Of a DNA stretch of 64,000 bases, positions 7,903 to 16,950 are shown piece after piece. Origin of the DNA: an uncultured Candidatus Saccharibacteria bacterium (lineage in GTDB: Bacteria > Patescibacteriota > Minisyncoccia > Phycocordibacterales > UBA9973); NCBI GenBank assembly GCA_964646765.1, contig CAZYIA010000002.1, positions 99,467 through 163,466 on the forward strand, read 5' to 3'. Numbering within the stretch: the stretch's first letter is position 1; every line of letters starts with the position of its first letter. The notes under the pieces were generated by a model. It was given only the letters and a program-made list of their open reading frames with translations, ran no database searches and had not been told where the DNA came from. Made by a program: the position numbers and the translations under genes.

Positions 7903-9690
7903 TTAGTAGCACTCATGATGCCAAATTGGCACCTGGTGGGCTACGGGCGTCCTGTCGCCTGGTGGTGGAGTTCGTTCAAGCATGAAGATGATATCAAATG
8001 AGAGTAGTTCCTCGTTTGTGTTTCGGTGATCTGCATTCCATGTTCGGCAAATATATCTGCCATACCCTTGGCGAAAATCAGCAAGATCAGATGACCACAA
8101 GTTCATCATATATTTTTGCCAGCGTTGGTCTTTGTATGTGTAGGCAATCCACTGTGGTTTCTCGTAGGAAACAGGCGAGTGTCCACTAAAAACATCAATG
8201 GTGCCACCGTTTCTCAATTTACCTGGCATAACATACCACCCATCTTCAATAAGCGGAGTTGGGGCGAACATATTAAATTGCTGATCCAATCTGGTGATTG
8301 GGGCAATTGGCCGGAGTCTGTCTGGAATAATGTGATACCCAAGTGTTTCAAGATTTAAGCACACTATATAAATAGTAAAGAAAAGTAATACACCAGCGCG
8401 AAGCTGTTCTTTCCAAAGCTCTTGTTTTTCTGTTGGTTCTGGTGCACATACCAACTTGCGGTGATGAGCAACTGAACGGTATATCTCTTCACCAAGAGCT
8501 CGAAGTGGCGGGATGCGCAATAGTGGAGCAATAATTTTGGCATACGGTGAATATGTACATACGGTAATAAAGCCATAGAAACTTGTTGCTATTTTGCCAT
8601 CGGCATCAATAATGACCCAAGAATTCTCTTTCTCCATGATGCGCGCCCCTTCTTCATGTTCGGTTGAGGGGATAATGCGTGTCGATGGGTGAAGGAATAA
8701 AAGTCGGGCAAGTACAAAAGTTGCCTTGTGGCAGAATGAGCAATCGAAGTCATAAATAATAGTGAGATTAGGCTTACCCCAGGATTTTACTTTCGACACG
8801 ATTGGAGCAACACAATAATCCCAAAATTCGGAAGGGAAAAGACCAAAGAGTGTGGTAATCGTAATCATTCCAAAGAGGCCGAGACGCATACTCATATTAA
8901 AACCAGTTTGAAGTGCGATGAAACCAAAAATACCGATTGTGCGGAAAATCCATTGTTTCCAAGGGATAAAGAAAAGAATAACGCCGTAGACTTCGTAGTA
9001 GAGAACTGCGTGAGTAAGTAGAGGAAGAACAGCTGGAATGTTTCGCAACCATACGCCAAATGGTGTAACGAGCTGGTCAACGTTTAGAGCGTAATATACT
9101 GCGCTTCCTTCGCTGTGCCATGCCGGACCAGTTTTTAGGATGCCTGTAAAAATATACAGAACGCACGCTTGAGCTATGTACCCGAGGGTGCCGAAGTCCG
9201 CGATTGTTTTACTGCTTGGTCGAGGGACGCGATTAAAAAGTCGATCAAGCGACCACACACGTTCAAGTGGCAAAAACATCATGAAGAAAACAGTTGTGCG
9301 AAAAACAATATCACCACCCTGGAGCACCAACGGATTTCGATTTTGAAGTGAAATGAGGAGAAACCAACAAACAACAATGGCAAATCGAGTTCGGTAGCCA
9401 AAGAGTAGCATCAGCGCAAAAATCCCAGCAACAGCAAAGAGAAAAATTTGAAACCAAAGTTCTCCTGAAGCAAGATGGAGCGATACCGTCCAGTGCATAT
9501 TCCAATGAGCGAATAAGTCACTTCGCGGCAGGACTCCTCCATCGGTGTAGTGAGCAAAAAGATTTCGTGATCGCTGTAAAAGATCACAAAGAATGGTAAG
9601 TGCGATACCCACACGCAAAAGAGCTAGTGACCGATAATCAAGCGCGAACCACGTGCGAATAGTATCTTTCGCAAGTTCTAGAGATTTCAT
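7903..9690 (-). CDS. Polytopic membrane protein fusing an HTTM (vitamin-K-dependent gamma-carboxylase-like) domain to a DCC-family thiol-disulfide oxidoreductase (DUF393) domain, plus a C-terminal extension
   Basis: The HTTM signature is DYRSLALLRVGIALTILCDLLQR...FAHYTDGGVLP with multiple transmembrane helices. The DCC motif is IIYDFDCSFCHKATFVLARLL. The listed ORF runs to 9945, but the likely start is the ATG at 9688-9690 (MKSLELAKD), which gives a divergent arrangement with the next gene. Confidence 0.6.
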   Translation of the reverse strand: MKSLELAKDTIRTWFALDYRSLALLRVGIALTILCDLLQRSRNLFAHYTDGGVLPRSDLFAHWNMHWTVSLHLASGELWFQIFLFAVAGIFALMLLFGYRTRFAIVVCWFLLISLQNRNPLVLQGGDIVFRTTVFFMMFLPLERVWSLDRLFNRVPRPSSKTIADFGTLGYIAQACVLYIFTGILKTGPAWHSEGSAVYYALNVDQLVTPFGVWLRNIPAVLPLLTHAVLYYEVYGVILFFIPWKQWIFRTIGIFGFIALQTGFNMSMRLGLFGMITITTLFGLFPSEFWDYCVAPIVSKVKSWGKPNLTIIYDFDCSFCHKATFVLARLLFLHPSTRIIPSTEHEEGARIMEKENSWVIIDADGKIATSFYGFITVCTYSPYAKIIAPLLRIPPLRALGEEIYRSVAHHRKLVCAPEPTEKQELWKEQLRAGVLLFFTIYIVCLNLETLGYHIIPDRLRPIAPITRLDQQFNMFAPTPLIEDGWYVMPGKLRNGGTIDVFSGHSPVSYEKPQWIAYTYKDQRWQKYMMNLWSSDLADFRQGYGRYICRTWNADHRNTNEELLSFDIIFMLERTPPPGDRTPVAHQVPIWHHECY

Positions 9691-9748
9691 ATAAAAATAG
9701 TATACACCGCTATTGCACAGCAAGGATGGGTATAGTTTAATAACCCAT

Positions 9749-10666
9749 ATGAAACGCCTCGCAGGTATATTGTTGCTCATCGCCTCTTTTCTTGTCGTCT
9801 CTCCTGCACGCGCGGCAACAATTCCGGAACTTGAAAAAATAATTTCAGATCTCAAAGCCCAAATCGTTGAACTGCAAAGCAGATTGCAGGCCTCTGCTGT
9901 ACAAAAAGATGCAGGTGCTATTGGTGTCCAAAAAATCACGCGCACCCCAGCGCCACTTCCAGCGTTTGAAGACTTGAAACCGGCACGATACGGAGAATAT
10001 AGCGGAAGTGTTCGGACGCTTCAAAGCGAACTTACTGCGAGAGGATATTATGATGGTCCGATCACCGGCCGGTATGCTCAGGCAACTCGCGAAGCAGTAA
10101 AGAAGTTTCAGAAAGATAATGCTCTTCCTGGTGATGGGAGAGTGGTAAATGCGCAAATGATTTCCCGTATCAGCGAGTCGCTCTGTACGCTCTCTGTTTC
10201 TGTTTCTTCCGATATTGCTTCCCAAACAATTACCGCAGGGACCGAACACGTTCCGCTTGCGAAGCTTATGCTTACTGCACCCAAGAATTGCGGGGTTACC
10301 ATCTCAAAAATTTCAGTTGCTCTTGAGACAGACGGCACCGCGGTTAAAAACGTTGTCGAAGATATCAGGGTGTTTGCGGGAGAAAAGGAAATTGGTTTCT
10401 TTGCCTCGCCATCATGGGTAAATACCTTGCGCGATATTAATTTAGTTCTCGCTCCGAGTGAATCAGCATCTCTTATGATCGAAGCTTCCGTTGTAGGAGT
10501 TGGTAACGGAGTGGTGCAAGCTGGACTCTCTTATATCGAGGCAGTAAAAACAGGAACAACAACAAACGTGGGCAACAAACGAAGTTATCTTGGCGAAAAG
10601 ATGAAGCTAGTTGCTCCTCCGGAAGAAGAAAATTCTATAGATGGGGAAAGCCAGGAAACCATATAA
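9749..10666 (+). CDS. Secreted protein with signal peptide, coiled-coil, peptidoglycan-binding domain (PG_binding_1-like) and C-terminal domain
   Basis: The signal peptide MKRLAGILLLIASFLVVSPARA and the heptad-like IPELEKIISDLKAQIVELQSRLQ are followed by the PG-binding motif GSVRTLQSELTARGYYDGPITGRYAQATREAVKKFQKDNALPGDGRV. The start was moved from 9713 to the Met of the signal peptide. Confidence 0.6.
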   Translation: MKRLAGILLLIASFLVVSPARAATIPELEKIISDLKAQIVELQSRLQASAVQKDAGAIGVQKITRTPAPLPAFEDLKPARYGEYSGSVRTLQSELTARGYYDGPITGRYAQATREAVKKFQKDNALPGDGRVVNAQMISRISESLCTLSVSVSSDIASQTITAGTEHVPLAKLMLTAPKNCGVTISKISVALETDGTAVKNVVEDIRVFAGEKEIGFFASPSWVNTLRDINLVLAPSESASLMIEASVVGVGNGVVQAGLSYIEAVKTGTTTNVGNKRSYLGEKMKLVAPPEEENSIDGESQETI

Positions 10667-10705
10667 TTTTTTGCCACCGATCAAATTGTTTGGTTTAATT
10701 AGAAA

Positions 10706-12715
10706 ATGAAAAAAATCATTGCTGGCCTCGTGCTTGCAGGGGCACTTTTAGGAGCGGTACCGTTTGCTCGGGCTTCAACGCTTGATGACCTTGCGCTGCT
10801 TGTCCAACAGTTACGAGAAGAGGTTGTTCAACTCAAAAACCAGCTTCAGGCAGCAAGTATTCGCGCGACAACAACTGAGACGGTAAGCAGGATCCCTGAC
10901 CCTCAAGCAATTTCTGTTCTCGAAACAAAAGTTATTACTCCAGCAAAGCTGGGCGACTCTAGTGAAGCGGTAAAAGTTATACAAACTGAGCTTAAGACTA
11001 AAGGATATTATCCTGGTCCTATTACCGGAGTCTATGGGAAAGAAACTGCGAAAGCCGTCGCTAGTCTTCAAAAGACAGCAGGGATTAGCGGAGACGGTAG
11101 TAGGGTAGGATCACAAACAATTGCGGCGATTACTGGAGGAGTAAGTCCGGCACAAATTCCAAACGGAGGGCAACAGCCGGCACAAGGACCAAATGGAACC
11201 CAAAGCTCTATCTTTGGGAAAGTTCTTGTTTTAGCGGGAGGATATTGGGGGGCAACACCAACACCACAATCCTTTAATGATGTCTGGGCATCCTCAGGAA
11301 CACTTACCACATGGACTGAAGTTTTGGGAGATACCCCAACACCTGGAGTAAGTCAATTTAGCCAACAGACAGATACATATGCAGTTTTTCATAATGGGAA
11401 GATATATCTTCTCGGTGGTCTAGGAGGAACAGGACAATCTTTCTATGGTGACGTGTGGTCATCTTCGAATAATGGGCAGACTTGGACACGGCTTACAACA
11501 AATGCGCCGTGGAGCTCCCCGTATCCGTGTTGTGGTAGACGATATGGTCCCGGCTTCGTTTCCTTTAACGGAAAACTTTGGATTATTGGTGGTGATCAAA
11601 ACCCTGGACCAAATCCCACTACTACTGATATTTGGTCTTCCCCAGATGGCATAAATTGGACGCAAGAAACTTCTTCCGTTCCATGGGGCCGTCGGCATGA
11701 ACACACGACTTTGGTTTTTAATAACAAGCTCTGGGTTATTGGCGGTGTACAATTACAACCATACGCAACAAAAAATGACGTCTGGTCTTCATCTGATGGT
11801 GTTACTTGGACACAAGTAACAGCGAATGCCCCATGGTCAACAAGAAACGGGCATATGTCAGTGGTCTTCAATAACAAAATGTGGGTTATTGGCGGCGGTG
11901 GGTTTAACTCTGACGTTTGGTCTTCATCTGATGGTGTTACTTGGACACAAGTTACAGGCTCTGCTCCCTGGGGTGCAAGTTTCGGAAAAACCTGGGGGCA
12001 AGCGATTGTCTATAATAATAAAATCTGGATTCTTGGTGGTGGTGGAAATTCTCAGACGCAAGCTTCAGAGAGCGAAATTTGGTCTTCACCTGATGGAGCA
12101 ACATGGACACTAGTTACTAATATCCCGGGCTGGGCTGGCCGATCATGGCACGCAGCTGTTGTTATTCCGCCTTCCGTTAGTTCAATCCCAGTTACTAATT
12201 TGCCTACTCCAGTGAATAGCGCATGCAGTGCAAATCCAGTTATTACTGTTACACCGATACCACCTGCTGCGCAAATAGCCGCCCCAGGTCAGTATGGTGT
12301 GCAAATCGCGGATGTAACTATTAAAAATTATTCTTCATGTACGTATAAGATACGGTCAGTCTTTCCCACTTATGGTGTAGATGCGGGTAGTGGGAATTCA
12401 TCTTTACTCCAACAATTTACCAGTCAGTTCACTCTTCCTACAGTATTGACCTATTCAGTCAACAATGTAGCCGTTGGGCAGGGAAGTATTTCTGCTGGCG
12501 GTACAACAGCAGGCATCCCGCTTTCTCTCGGCATTACGCCAAACTCAACAAAGACGATCAAGGTTACAGCTACTTTTCCCGCAGTTACTGGCTATTCAGG
12601 GTTTAAACTACAACCAAAAGTGGTGAAGTGGATGAATGTTGATCTTTCTGGACAGATCTTTCAGGTAACTCCGCAGACTAATTACACGAATGCGACTTGG
12701 TTTACTGTTCAATAA
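10706..12715 (+). CDS. Secreted protein: signal peptide, coiled-coil, PG-binding domain, six to seven Kelch-like beta-propeller repeats, C-terminal beta-rich domain
   Basis: The N-terminal architecture matches the upstream gene (LDDLALLVQQLREEVVQLKNQLQ; GDSSEAVKVIQTELKTKGYYPGPITGVYGKETAKAVASLQKTAGISGDGS). Repeats of the form DVWSSSDGVTWTQVT..APW..R.GH..VVFNNKMWVIGG occur about seven times. Confidence 0.65.
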   Translation: MKKIIAGLVLAGALLGAVPFARASTLDDLALLVQQLREEVVQLKNQLQAASIRATTTETVSRIPDPQAISVLETKVITPAKLGDSSEAVKVIQTELKTKGYYPGPITGVYGKETAKAVASLQKTAGISGDGSRVGSQTIAAITGGVSPAQIPNGGQQPAQGPNGTQSSIFGKVLVLAGGYWGATPTPQSFNDVWASSGTLTTWTEVLGDTPTPGVSQFSQQTDTYAVFHNGKIYLLGGLGGTGQSFYGDVWSSSNNGQTWTRLTTNAPWSSPYPCCGRRYGPGFVSFNGKLWIIGGDQNPGPNPTTTDIWSSPDGINWTQETSSVPWGRRHEHTTLVFNNKLWVIGGVQLQPYATKNDVWSSSDGVTWTQVTANAPWSTRNGHMSVVFNNKMWVIGGGGFNSDVWSSSDGVTWTQVTGSAPWGASFGKTWGQAIVYNNKIWILGGGGNSQTQASESEIWSSPDGATWTLVTNIPGWAGRSWHAAVVIPPSVSSIPVTNLPTPVNSACSANPVITVTPIPPAAQIAAPGQYGVQIADVTIKNYSSCTYKIRSVFPTYGVDAGSGNSSLLQQFTSQFTLPTVLTYSVNNVAVGQGSISAGGTTAGIPLSLGITPNSTKTIKVTATFPAVTGYSGFKLQPKVVKWMNVDLSGQIFQVTPQTNYTNATWFTVQ

Positions 12716-12716
12716 T

Positions 12717-12752
12717 CAAAACAAAAGCCGCCTTGAGGCGGCTTTTGTTTTG
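12717..12752. terminator. Bidirectional rho-independent terminator
   Basis: The near-perfect palindrome caaaacaaaagccgcc ttga ggcggcttttgttttg has an A-run and a T-run on either side. It lies between convergent genes. Confidence 0.65.
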
Positions 12753-12765
12753 ATTTTCGATAAGT

Positions 12766-13011
12766 TTACGCGAGAAGTCCTGCTTTCTTAAGCGTTGCGT
12801 AGGCGCCGCGCTTGTTGATGGTGCGGATTGCACGGGTTGAGATTTCAAGAGTGACGGTTTTTTTGAGTTCAGGAATATACACCTTCTTCTTCTGGAGGTT
12901 TGGATATGCGCGGCGCTTGCCGGTTGGGTTGAATTTTGTAGCACGAACAGAGTTGGAGTATCCGCCAACGACTCGTGAACCTTTCTTTGTAATTGCGCAA
13001 ACCTTTGCCAT
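12766..13011 (-). CDS. rpmB: 50S ribosomal protein L28
   Basis: MAKVCAITKKGSRVVGGYSNSVRATKFNPTGKRRAYPNLQKK matches the L28 consensus (MAKVC...G.....S.S...T.R.F.PNLQ). Confidence 0.85.
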   Translation of the reverse strand: MAKVCAITKKGSRVVGGYSNSVRATKFNPTGKRRAYPNLQKKKVYIPELKKTVTLEISTRAIRTINKRGAYATLKKAGLLA

Positions 13012-13078
13012 AAGTCCTAGGATAGTAGCATAGATACTAAAAAGCGCAACCCCTCTAGCTCTATGCTACTATAGTGCT

Positions 13079-13711
13079 ATGCAAACAGAGCTCGCCGGAA
13101 TCTTTACAGTGATTATTGTCCTGATGTCTGTGGTGGTACATGAAGTTGCCCATGGCTACGCAGCGCTCGCCTATGGTGATCGAACAGCCTTAGTAGCTGG
13201 GAGACTCACACTTAACCCTCTTAAACATTTGGATCCAATTGGTTCAGTACTGTTACCACTCGTGCTTATCCTCTCTCATGCACCATTTCCATTCGGTTGG
13301 GCTCGGCCAGTACCATATAATCCGGCGAATATTAAAGACCTCAAGTGGGGTATCTTTGCGGTTTCAGCCGCAGGGATAGGAGCCAATTTTGGTCTAGCAT
13401 TTGTTTTCTCTCTCATCCTTCGAATTGCGGTTATGGTTGGTGTTACCTCGGCTTCTTTTTTGACGATAGTTTCTTTAATTATTATTGCTAATATTTCTTT
13501 AGCAGTTTTCAATCTTTTACCAGTCCCGCCGCTCGATGGCTCTCGAATTATTTTTAGTTTACTTCCACTACGGTATCGATATCTTGAAGCTCGTTTTGAA
13601 GCTTACGCACTTCCTGCCATTCTTGTTCTCATGTTTCTTCTCTGGAAATTCGACTTCATTTCCCCAGGTATTCGTTTTTTGTATACTTTTTTTACTGGGG
13701 TTGCGATATAA
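13079..13711 (+). CDS. Site-2 protease family (peptidase M50) membrane metalloprotease
   Basis: The HExxH motif (VVHEVAHGY) sits in the first transmembrane helix, and NLLPVPPLDGSRII is the M50 LDG motif. Four to five transmembrane helices. Confidence 0.6.
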   Translation: MQTELAGIFTVIIVLMSVVVHEVAHGYAALAYGDRTALVAGRLTLNPLKHLDPIGSVLLPLVLILSHAPFPFGWARPVPYNPANIKDLKWGIFAVSAAGIGANFGLAFVFSLILRIAVMVGVTSASFLTIVSLIIIANISLAVFNLLPVPPLDGSRIIFSLLPLRYRYLEARFEAYALPAILVLMFLLWKFDFISPGIRFLYTFFTGVAI

Positions 13712-13720
13712 TCTAGCTAC

Positions 13721-15646
13721 ATGCGATTGGAACGTCTTTTAGTCCCTCTTGTTTCTGCTGTTCTTATTTTTTCGACAGCGAGTTTTGCGCTTGCATCTTC
13801 AACTATAGGAACCATTGATCCAACTAACTCAGGTGCCAAATATGCATCCGTTGATGATGGTAGTCGATTAAACATTGGTAGTTTCACAACTCAATCTGCA
13901 TATAATGCGACAGTAACAAGTACCCAAATTCGCGGCTACGGTTGGGGTGATGATATGGGTTGGGTGGTTTGGAACTGTGCTGATACTACGAGTGGTTGTT
14001 CAAACACAAATGGTAATTTTAAGGTTTCAGTTAATGGAACTACCGGTGTTCTTTCAGGCTATGGTTGGGGAGAAATTGCTGGCTGGATTAATTTCGGTCC
14101 ATTTTCTAACGCGGCTATTTCGCGAGTAAAGATTGATCCGACCACCGGAGAATTTGGTGGAACCTTAGGCAATGCAGGTTACGCTTGGAGTGAAAATTTT
14201 GGCTTCATAAAATTTGATTGCAGTAATTCACCAACATGCGTCAAAACTGATTGGCGTGGAGCAAGTAGCACTACAGGTACTTCTGGTTCAGGCTCAGGTG
14301 CTGTTGGTTTGATTGGTCCTACTGGCCCAACATCAACAGTTGGTACAACGACTGGAACTACTACGGGCACAACTACAGGAACTGCTGGTACTACAACCAC
14401 TACAACTACTGGAACAACGACGGGAGGTAATGGTACTCAAACTTCTACAACTACAACAACGACAGGAACCACAACTGGTAGTGGTGATACGACAACCAGT
14501 ACAACCGGTGGCGATACTACAACCGGAACAACTGGAAGTGATGCCGGTACATCAACTGGATCAACAACTGGCACAGGAACTGGTTCTGGAACTGGTAGTG
14601 GTGGAAGTGGTACAGGATTCAGCCCAAATCCTCCAGGAGGTATCGTAGATGTTATTAAGAATCTTTTCGATACCATTAATGGTCTACAGGAGATTCCAAT
14701 TGCTAAGGAACTTGGTAAAGCTGCCGTGATTGTTGGTGCTGCCGCTGGTGTTGCCGCTACGACGGTTGCTGCACTCTTCGCTAATCCATTTGCAGTATCT
14801 GACCTCTTCTCTATCCCACTTCGTCTCTGGTCGCTACTCCTTTCTGCGTTTGGAGTTCGTCGTAAGCCATGGGGTGTTGTGTATGACTCTGTAACAAAAC
14901 AACCGCTTGATCCAGTATATGTAGTACTCAAAGACACGGCTGGTAACGATGTTGCAACCTCAATTAGTGATATCAGTGGACGTTGGGGCTTCTTAGCAAA
15001 ACCAGGTGTATATACCATTGCTGCTGGAAAAACAAATTATGTGTTCCCATCTCAAAATTTGAGTGGCCGCCTTGCGGACGAACTCTACCAAGATCTCTAC
15101 TTTGGTGAACCGATCACCATTTCACAAGAAGGTGAAGTAATTGCAAAAAATATTCCAATGGACCCAGTTGGCTTTGACTGGAATGAATTTGCCAAGAAGC
15201 AGCAGAAATTGATGAGCTTCTACACTGAACGAACAAAATGGTTTGCACGAATTACCGCAGTTGTATTCTATGCTGGTCTCCTCATTTCTCTCGCAGCATT
15301 TATTGGTACTCCAAAACCGTTGAATGGTATTATTCTTGCCCTCTATGGTTTAATTTTCCTTCTTCGCCGATTAGGTGTAAAACCAAAATCGTGGGGTGGT
15401 ATCGCCAATTCGCAAGGTTACCCAGTTCCGTTTGCCATCGTTCGAGTGTTCTCTGTTGCAACTAAGACTGAAATTACTCATAAAGTTGCTGATGCTACCG
15501 GCCGCTACTACTGTTTGATCCAGAATGGTAACTACTACGTCACTATTGATCGTAAGAATCCAGATGGTACCTATACCAGGGTTCTTGAAACTCCTCCATT
15601 TGCAGTCACAAAAGGGTTCTTGAACAAAAGCTTCACTATCCAGTAA
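13721..15646 (+). CDS. Large surface or membrane protein: signal peptide, N-terminal beta-rich domain, about 110-aa Thr/Gly-rich mucin-like linker, two transmembrane segments each followed by a carboxypeptidase-regulatory-like (prealbumin-fold) domain
   Basis: The signal peptide is MRLERLLVPLVSAVLIFSTASFALA. A low-complexity TTGTTTGTTTGTAGTTTTTTTG...GSGTGSGGSGTG region follows. Repeated modules read PWGVVYDSVTKQPLDPVYVVLKDTAGN...GRWGF and SWGGIANSQGYPVPFAIVRVF...TGRYY. Confidence 0.55.
   Translation: MRLERLLVPLVSAVLIFSTASFALASSTIGTIDPTNSGAKYASVDDGSRLNIGSFTTQSAYNATVTSTQIRGYGWGDDMGWVVWNCADTTSGCSNTNGNFKVSVNGTTGVLSGYGWGEIAGWINFGPFSNAAISRVKIDPTTGEFGGTLGNAGYAWSENFGFIKFDCSNSPTCVKTDWRGASSTTGTSGSGSGAVGLIGPTGPTSTVGTTTGTTTGTTTGTAGTTTTTTTGTTTGGNGTQTSTTTTTTGTTTGSGDTTTSTTGGDTTTGTTGSDAGTSTGSTTGTGTGSGTGSGGSGTGFSPNPPGGIVDVIKNLFDTINGLQEIPIAKELGKAAVIVGAAAGVAATTVAALFANPFAVSDLFSIPLRLWSLLLSAFGVRRKPWGVVYDSVTKQPLDPVYVVLKDTAGNDVATSISDISGRWGFLAKPGVYTIAAGKTNYVFPSQNLSGRLADELYQDLYFGEPITISQEGEVIAKNIPMDPVGFDWNEFAKKQQKLMSFYTERTKWFARITAVVFYAGLLISLAAFIGTPKPLNGIILALYGLIFLLRRLGVKPKSWGGIANSQGYPVPFAIVRVFSVATKTEITHKVADATGRYYCLIQNGNYYVTIDRKNPDGTYTRVLETPPFAVTKGFLNKSFTIQ
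14270..14625 (+). repeat. Imperfect tandem codon repeats (ACN GGN units) encoding the Thr/Gly-rich linker
   Basis: Repeated units act gga act/aca act gga are visible in the nucleotide sequence. This is a likely slippage- or recombination-prone tract. Confidence 0.5.
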
Positions 15647-15834
15647 ACTGTATAAGCAAACGCTCCGACTTCGGTCGGGGCGTCTTGCGTTTTGGGCCGA
15701 TATCTTGTATAGTTTTCGGCGTAGTTGCAACGGATAGGGTATGTCTCCCCGAGTCCGTCCTCGGCAAGAGGTTCTTGCCACTCCCTTTATTTTTGGATTT
15801 TTAATCCATTATTCGTTTTAGTATTTTTTGTAGA

Positions 15835-16260
15835 ATGCCTTCAATTAACCAGCTCATCAAAAAGCCTCGCAAACAGGTTCGCGCGAAGTCAAAGACCGTG
15901 GCTCTTTCTCGTGGTTTCAACACCTTGAAGAATCGCCCGATCTTTTACCCAGCTCCTTTCAAGCGTGGTGTGTGCACGAAAGTGACGACAACCACTCCTA
16001 AGAAGCCGAACTCAGCGTTGCGTAAAATCGCTCGTGTCCGTCTTTCAAACGGCATGGAAGTTACTGCGTATATTCCAGGTGAAGGACACAACCTCCAGGA
16101 ACACTCAGTGGTTGTTATTCGCGGTGGTCGTGTGAAAGACCTCGTAGGTGTGCAATACCACATTGTTCGTGGTCGTCTCGATGCTCAAGGTGTCGACAAA
16201 CGCCGCAAGGGTCGCTCACTTTACGGTAACAAGAAGCCAAAAGCTGGCGCTAAGAAATAA
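15835..16260 (+). CDS. rpsL: 30S ribosomal protein S12
   Basis: [13 protein letters not shown]...[10 protein letters not shown]...[39 protein letters not shown] is the S12 signature. Confidence 0.92.
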   Translation: MPSINQLIKKPRKQVRAKSKTVALSRGFNTLKNRPIFYPAPFKRGVCTKVTTTTPKKPNSALRKIARVRLSNGMEVTAYIPGEGHNLQEHSVVVIRGGRVKDLVGVQYHIVRGRLDAQGVDKRRKGRSLYGNKKPKAGAKK

Positions 16261-16270
16261 GAGTTAGACC

Positions 16271-16741
16271 ATGCGTAGAAAAGTAACCAATCGTAATATC
16301 CCAAAGCCGGATATTAAATACAGCTCAGAGCGTCTCGCTAAATTTATCAACTGCATCATGTGGGATGGTAAAAAAGAAGTCGCTCGTGGCATCGTCTATC
16401 GTGCTCTCGACATCATCAAGGAAAAGGAAAAGGTAACTGATCCACTTGAAGTATTCGAAGCAGCTCTTCGAAACACTGCTCCACTTATGGAAGTTCGCTC
16501 ACGCCGTATCGGGGGGGCTAACTACCAGGTGCCTCGTGAAGTTCGTCCAGAACGCCGTCTCGCTCTCTCTATCCGCTGGATGGTAGGTGCAGCTCGCGGT
16601 GGCAAGGGTCGCCCAATCGCTGATCGTCTTGCTGATGAACTCATCGCCGCTTCAAAAGGTGAAGGTGCAGCCGTTAAGAAAAAGGACGACACACACAAGA
16701 TGGCAGAATCAAACAAAGCATTCGCTCACTTTGCTTGGTAG
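16271..16741 (+). CDS. rpsG: 30S ribosomal protein S7
   Basis: MRRKVTNRNIPKPDIKYSSERLAKFINCIMWDGKKEVARGIVYRALD matches the S7 family. It lies immediately downstream of rpsL. Confidence 0.92.
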   Translation: MRRKVTNRNIPKPDIKYSSERLAKFINCIMWDGKKEVARGIVYRALDIIKEKEKVTDPLEVFEAALRNTAPLMEVRSRRIGGANYQVPREVRPERRLALSIRWMVGAARGGKGRPIADRLADELIAASKGEGAAVKKKDDTHKMAESNKAFAHFAW

Positions 16742-16900
16742 GTCGCAACTCCTTACAGGAGCAGTACACCTTTTGAGATATTTTTGTTCGTAAAACTCCA
16801 AAACTATCTCAAAAGGTCTTGCACTCCTCTAAGTATTCAGAGTTCACTCATCAGCGCCTCGCATCTAAAGCAATTTATATTGATTTTCCAAAATCTATTT

Positions 16901-16928
16901 CTCCACACAAAAACCGCCGTTCATGGCG
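16901..16928 (+). terminator. Rho-independent terminator after rpsL-rpsG
   Basis: The hairpin aaaaaccgccgttcatggcggttttt is followed by a T-run. Confidence 0.5.
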
Positions 16929-16950
16929 GTTTTTGCTATACTGGCAGCAT

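Noticed and set aside
7903-9945. Full 680-aa extent of the minus-strand ORF
   Set aside because: The N-terminal 85 codons would overlap the start of the divergent secreted-protein gene. The HTTM domain begins right after the internal Met at 9688-9690, so the shorter start is preferred.
14270-14625. Possible CRISPR-like or intergenic tandem repeat
   Set aside because: The repeats are in-frame codon repeats inside a CDS (the Thr/Gly linker). There is no repeat-spacer organisation and no cas genes.
16819-16950. Upstream extension of the surface-protein gene (MHSSKYSEF…)
   Set aside because: It spans the rpsG terminator hairpin. The transmembrane or signal segment starts at the internal Met at 16951.
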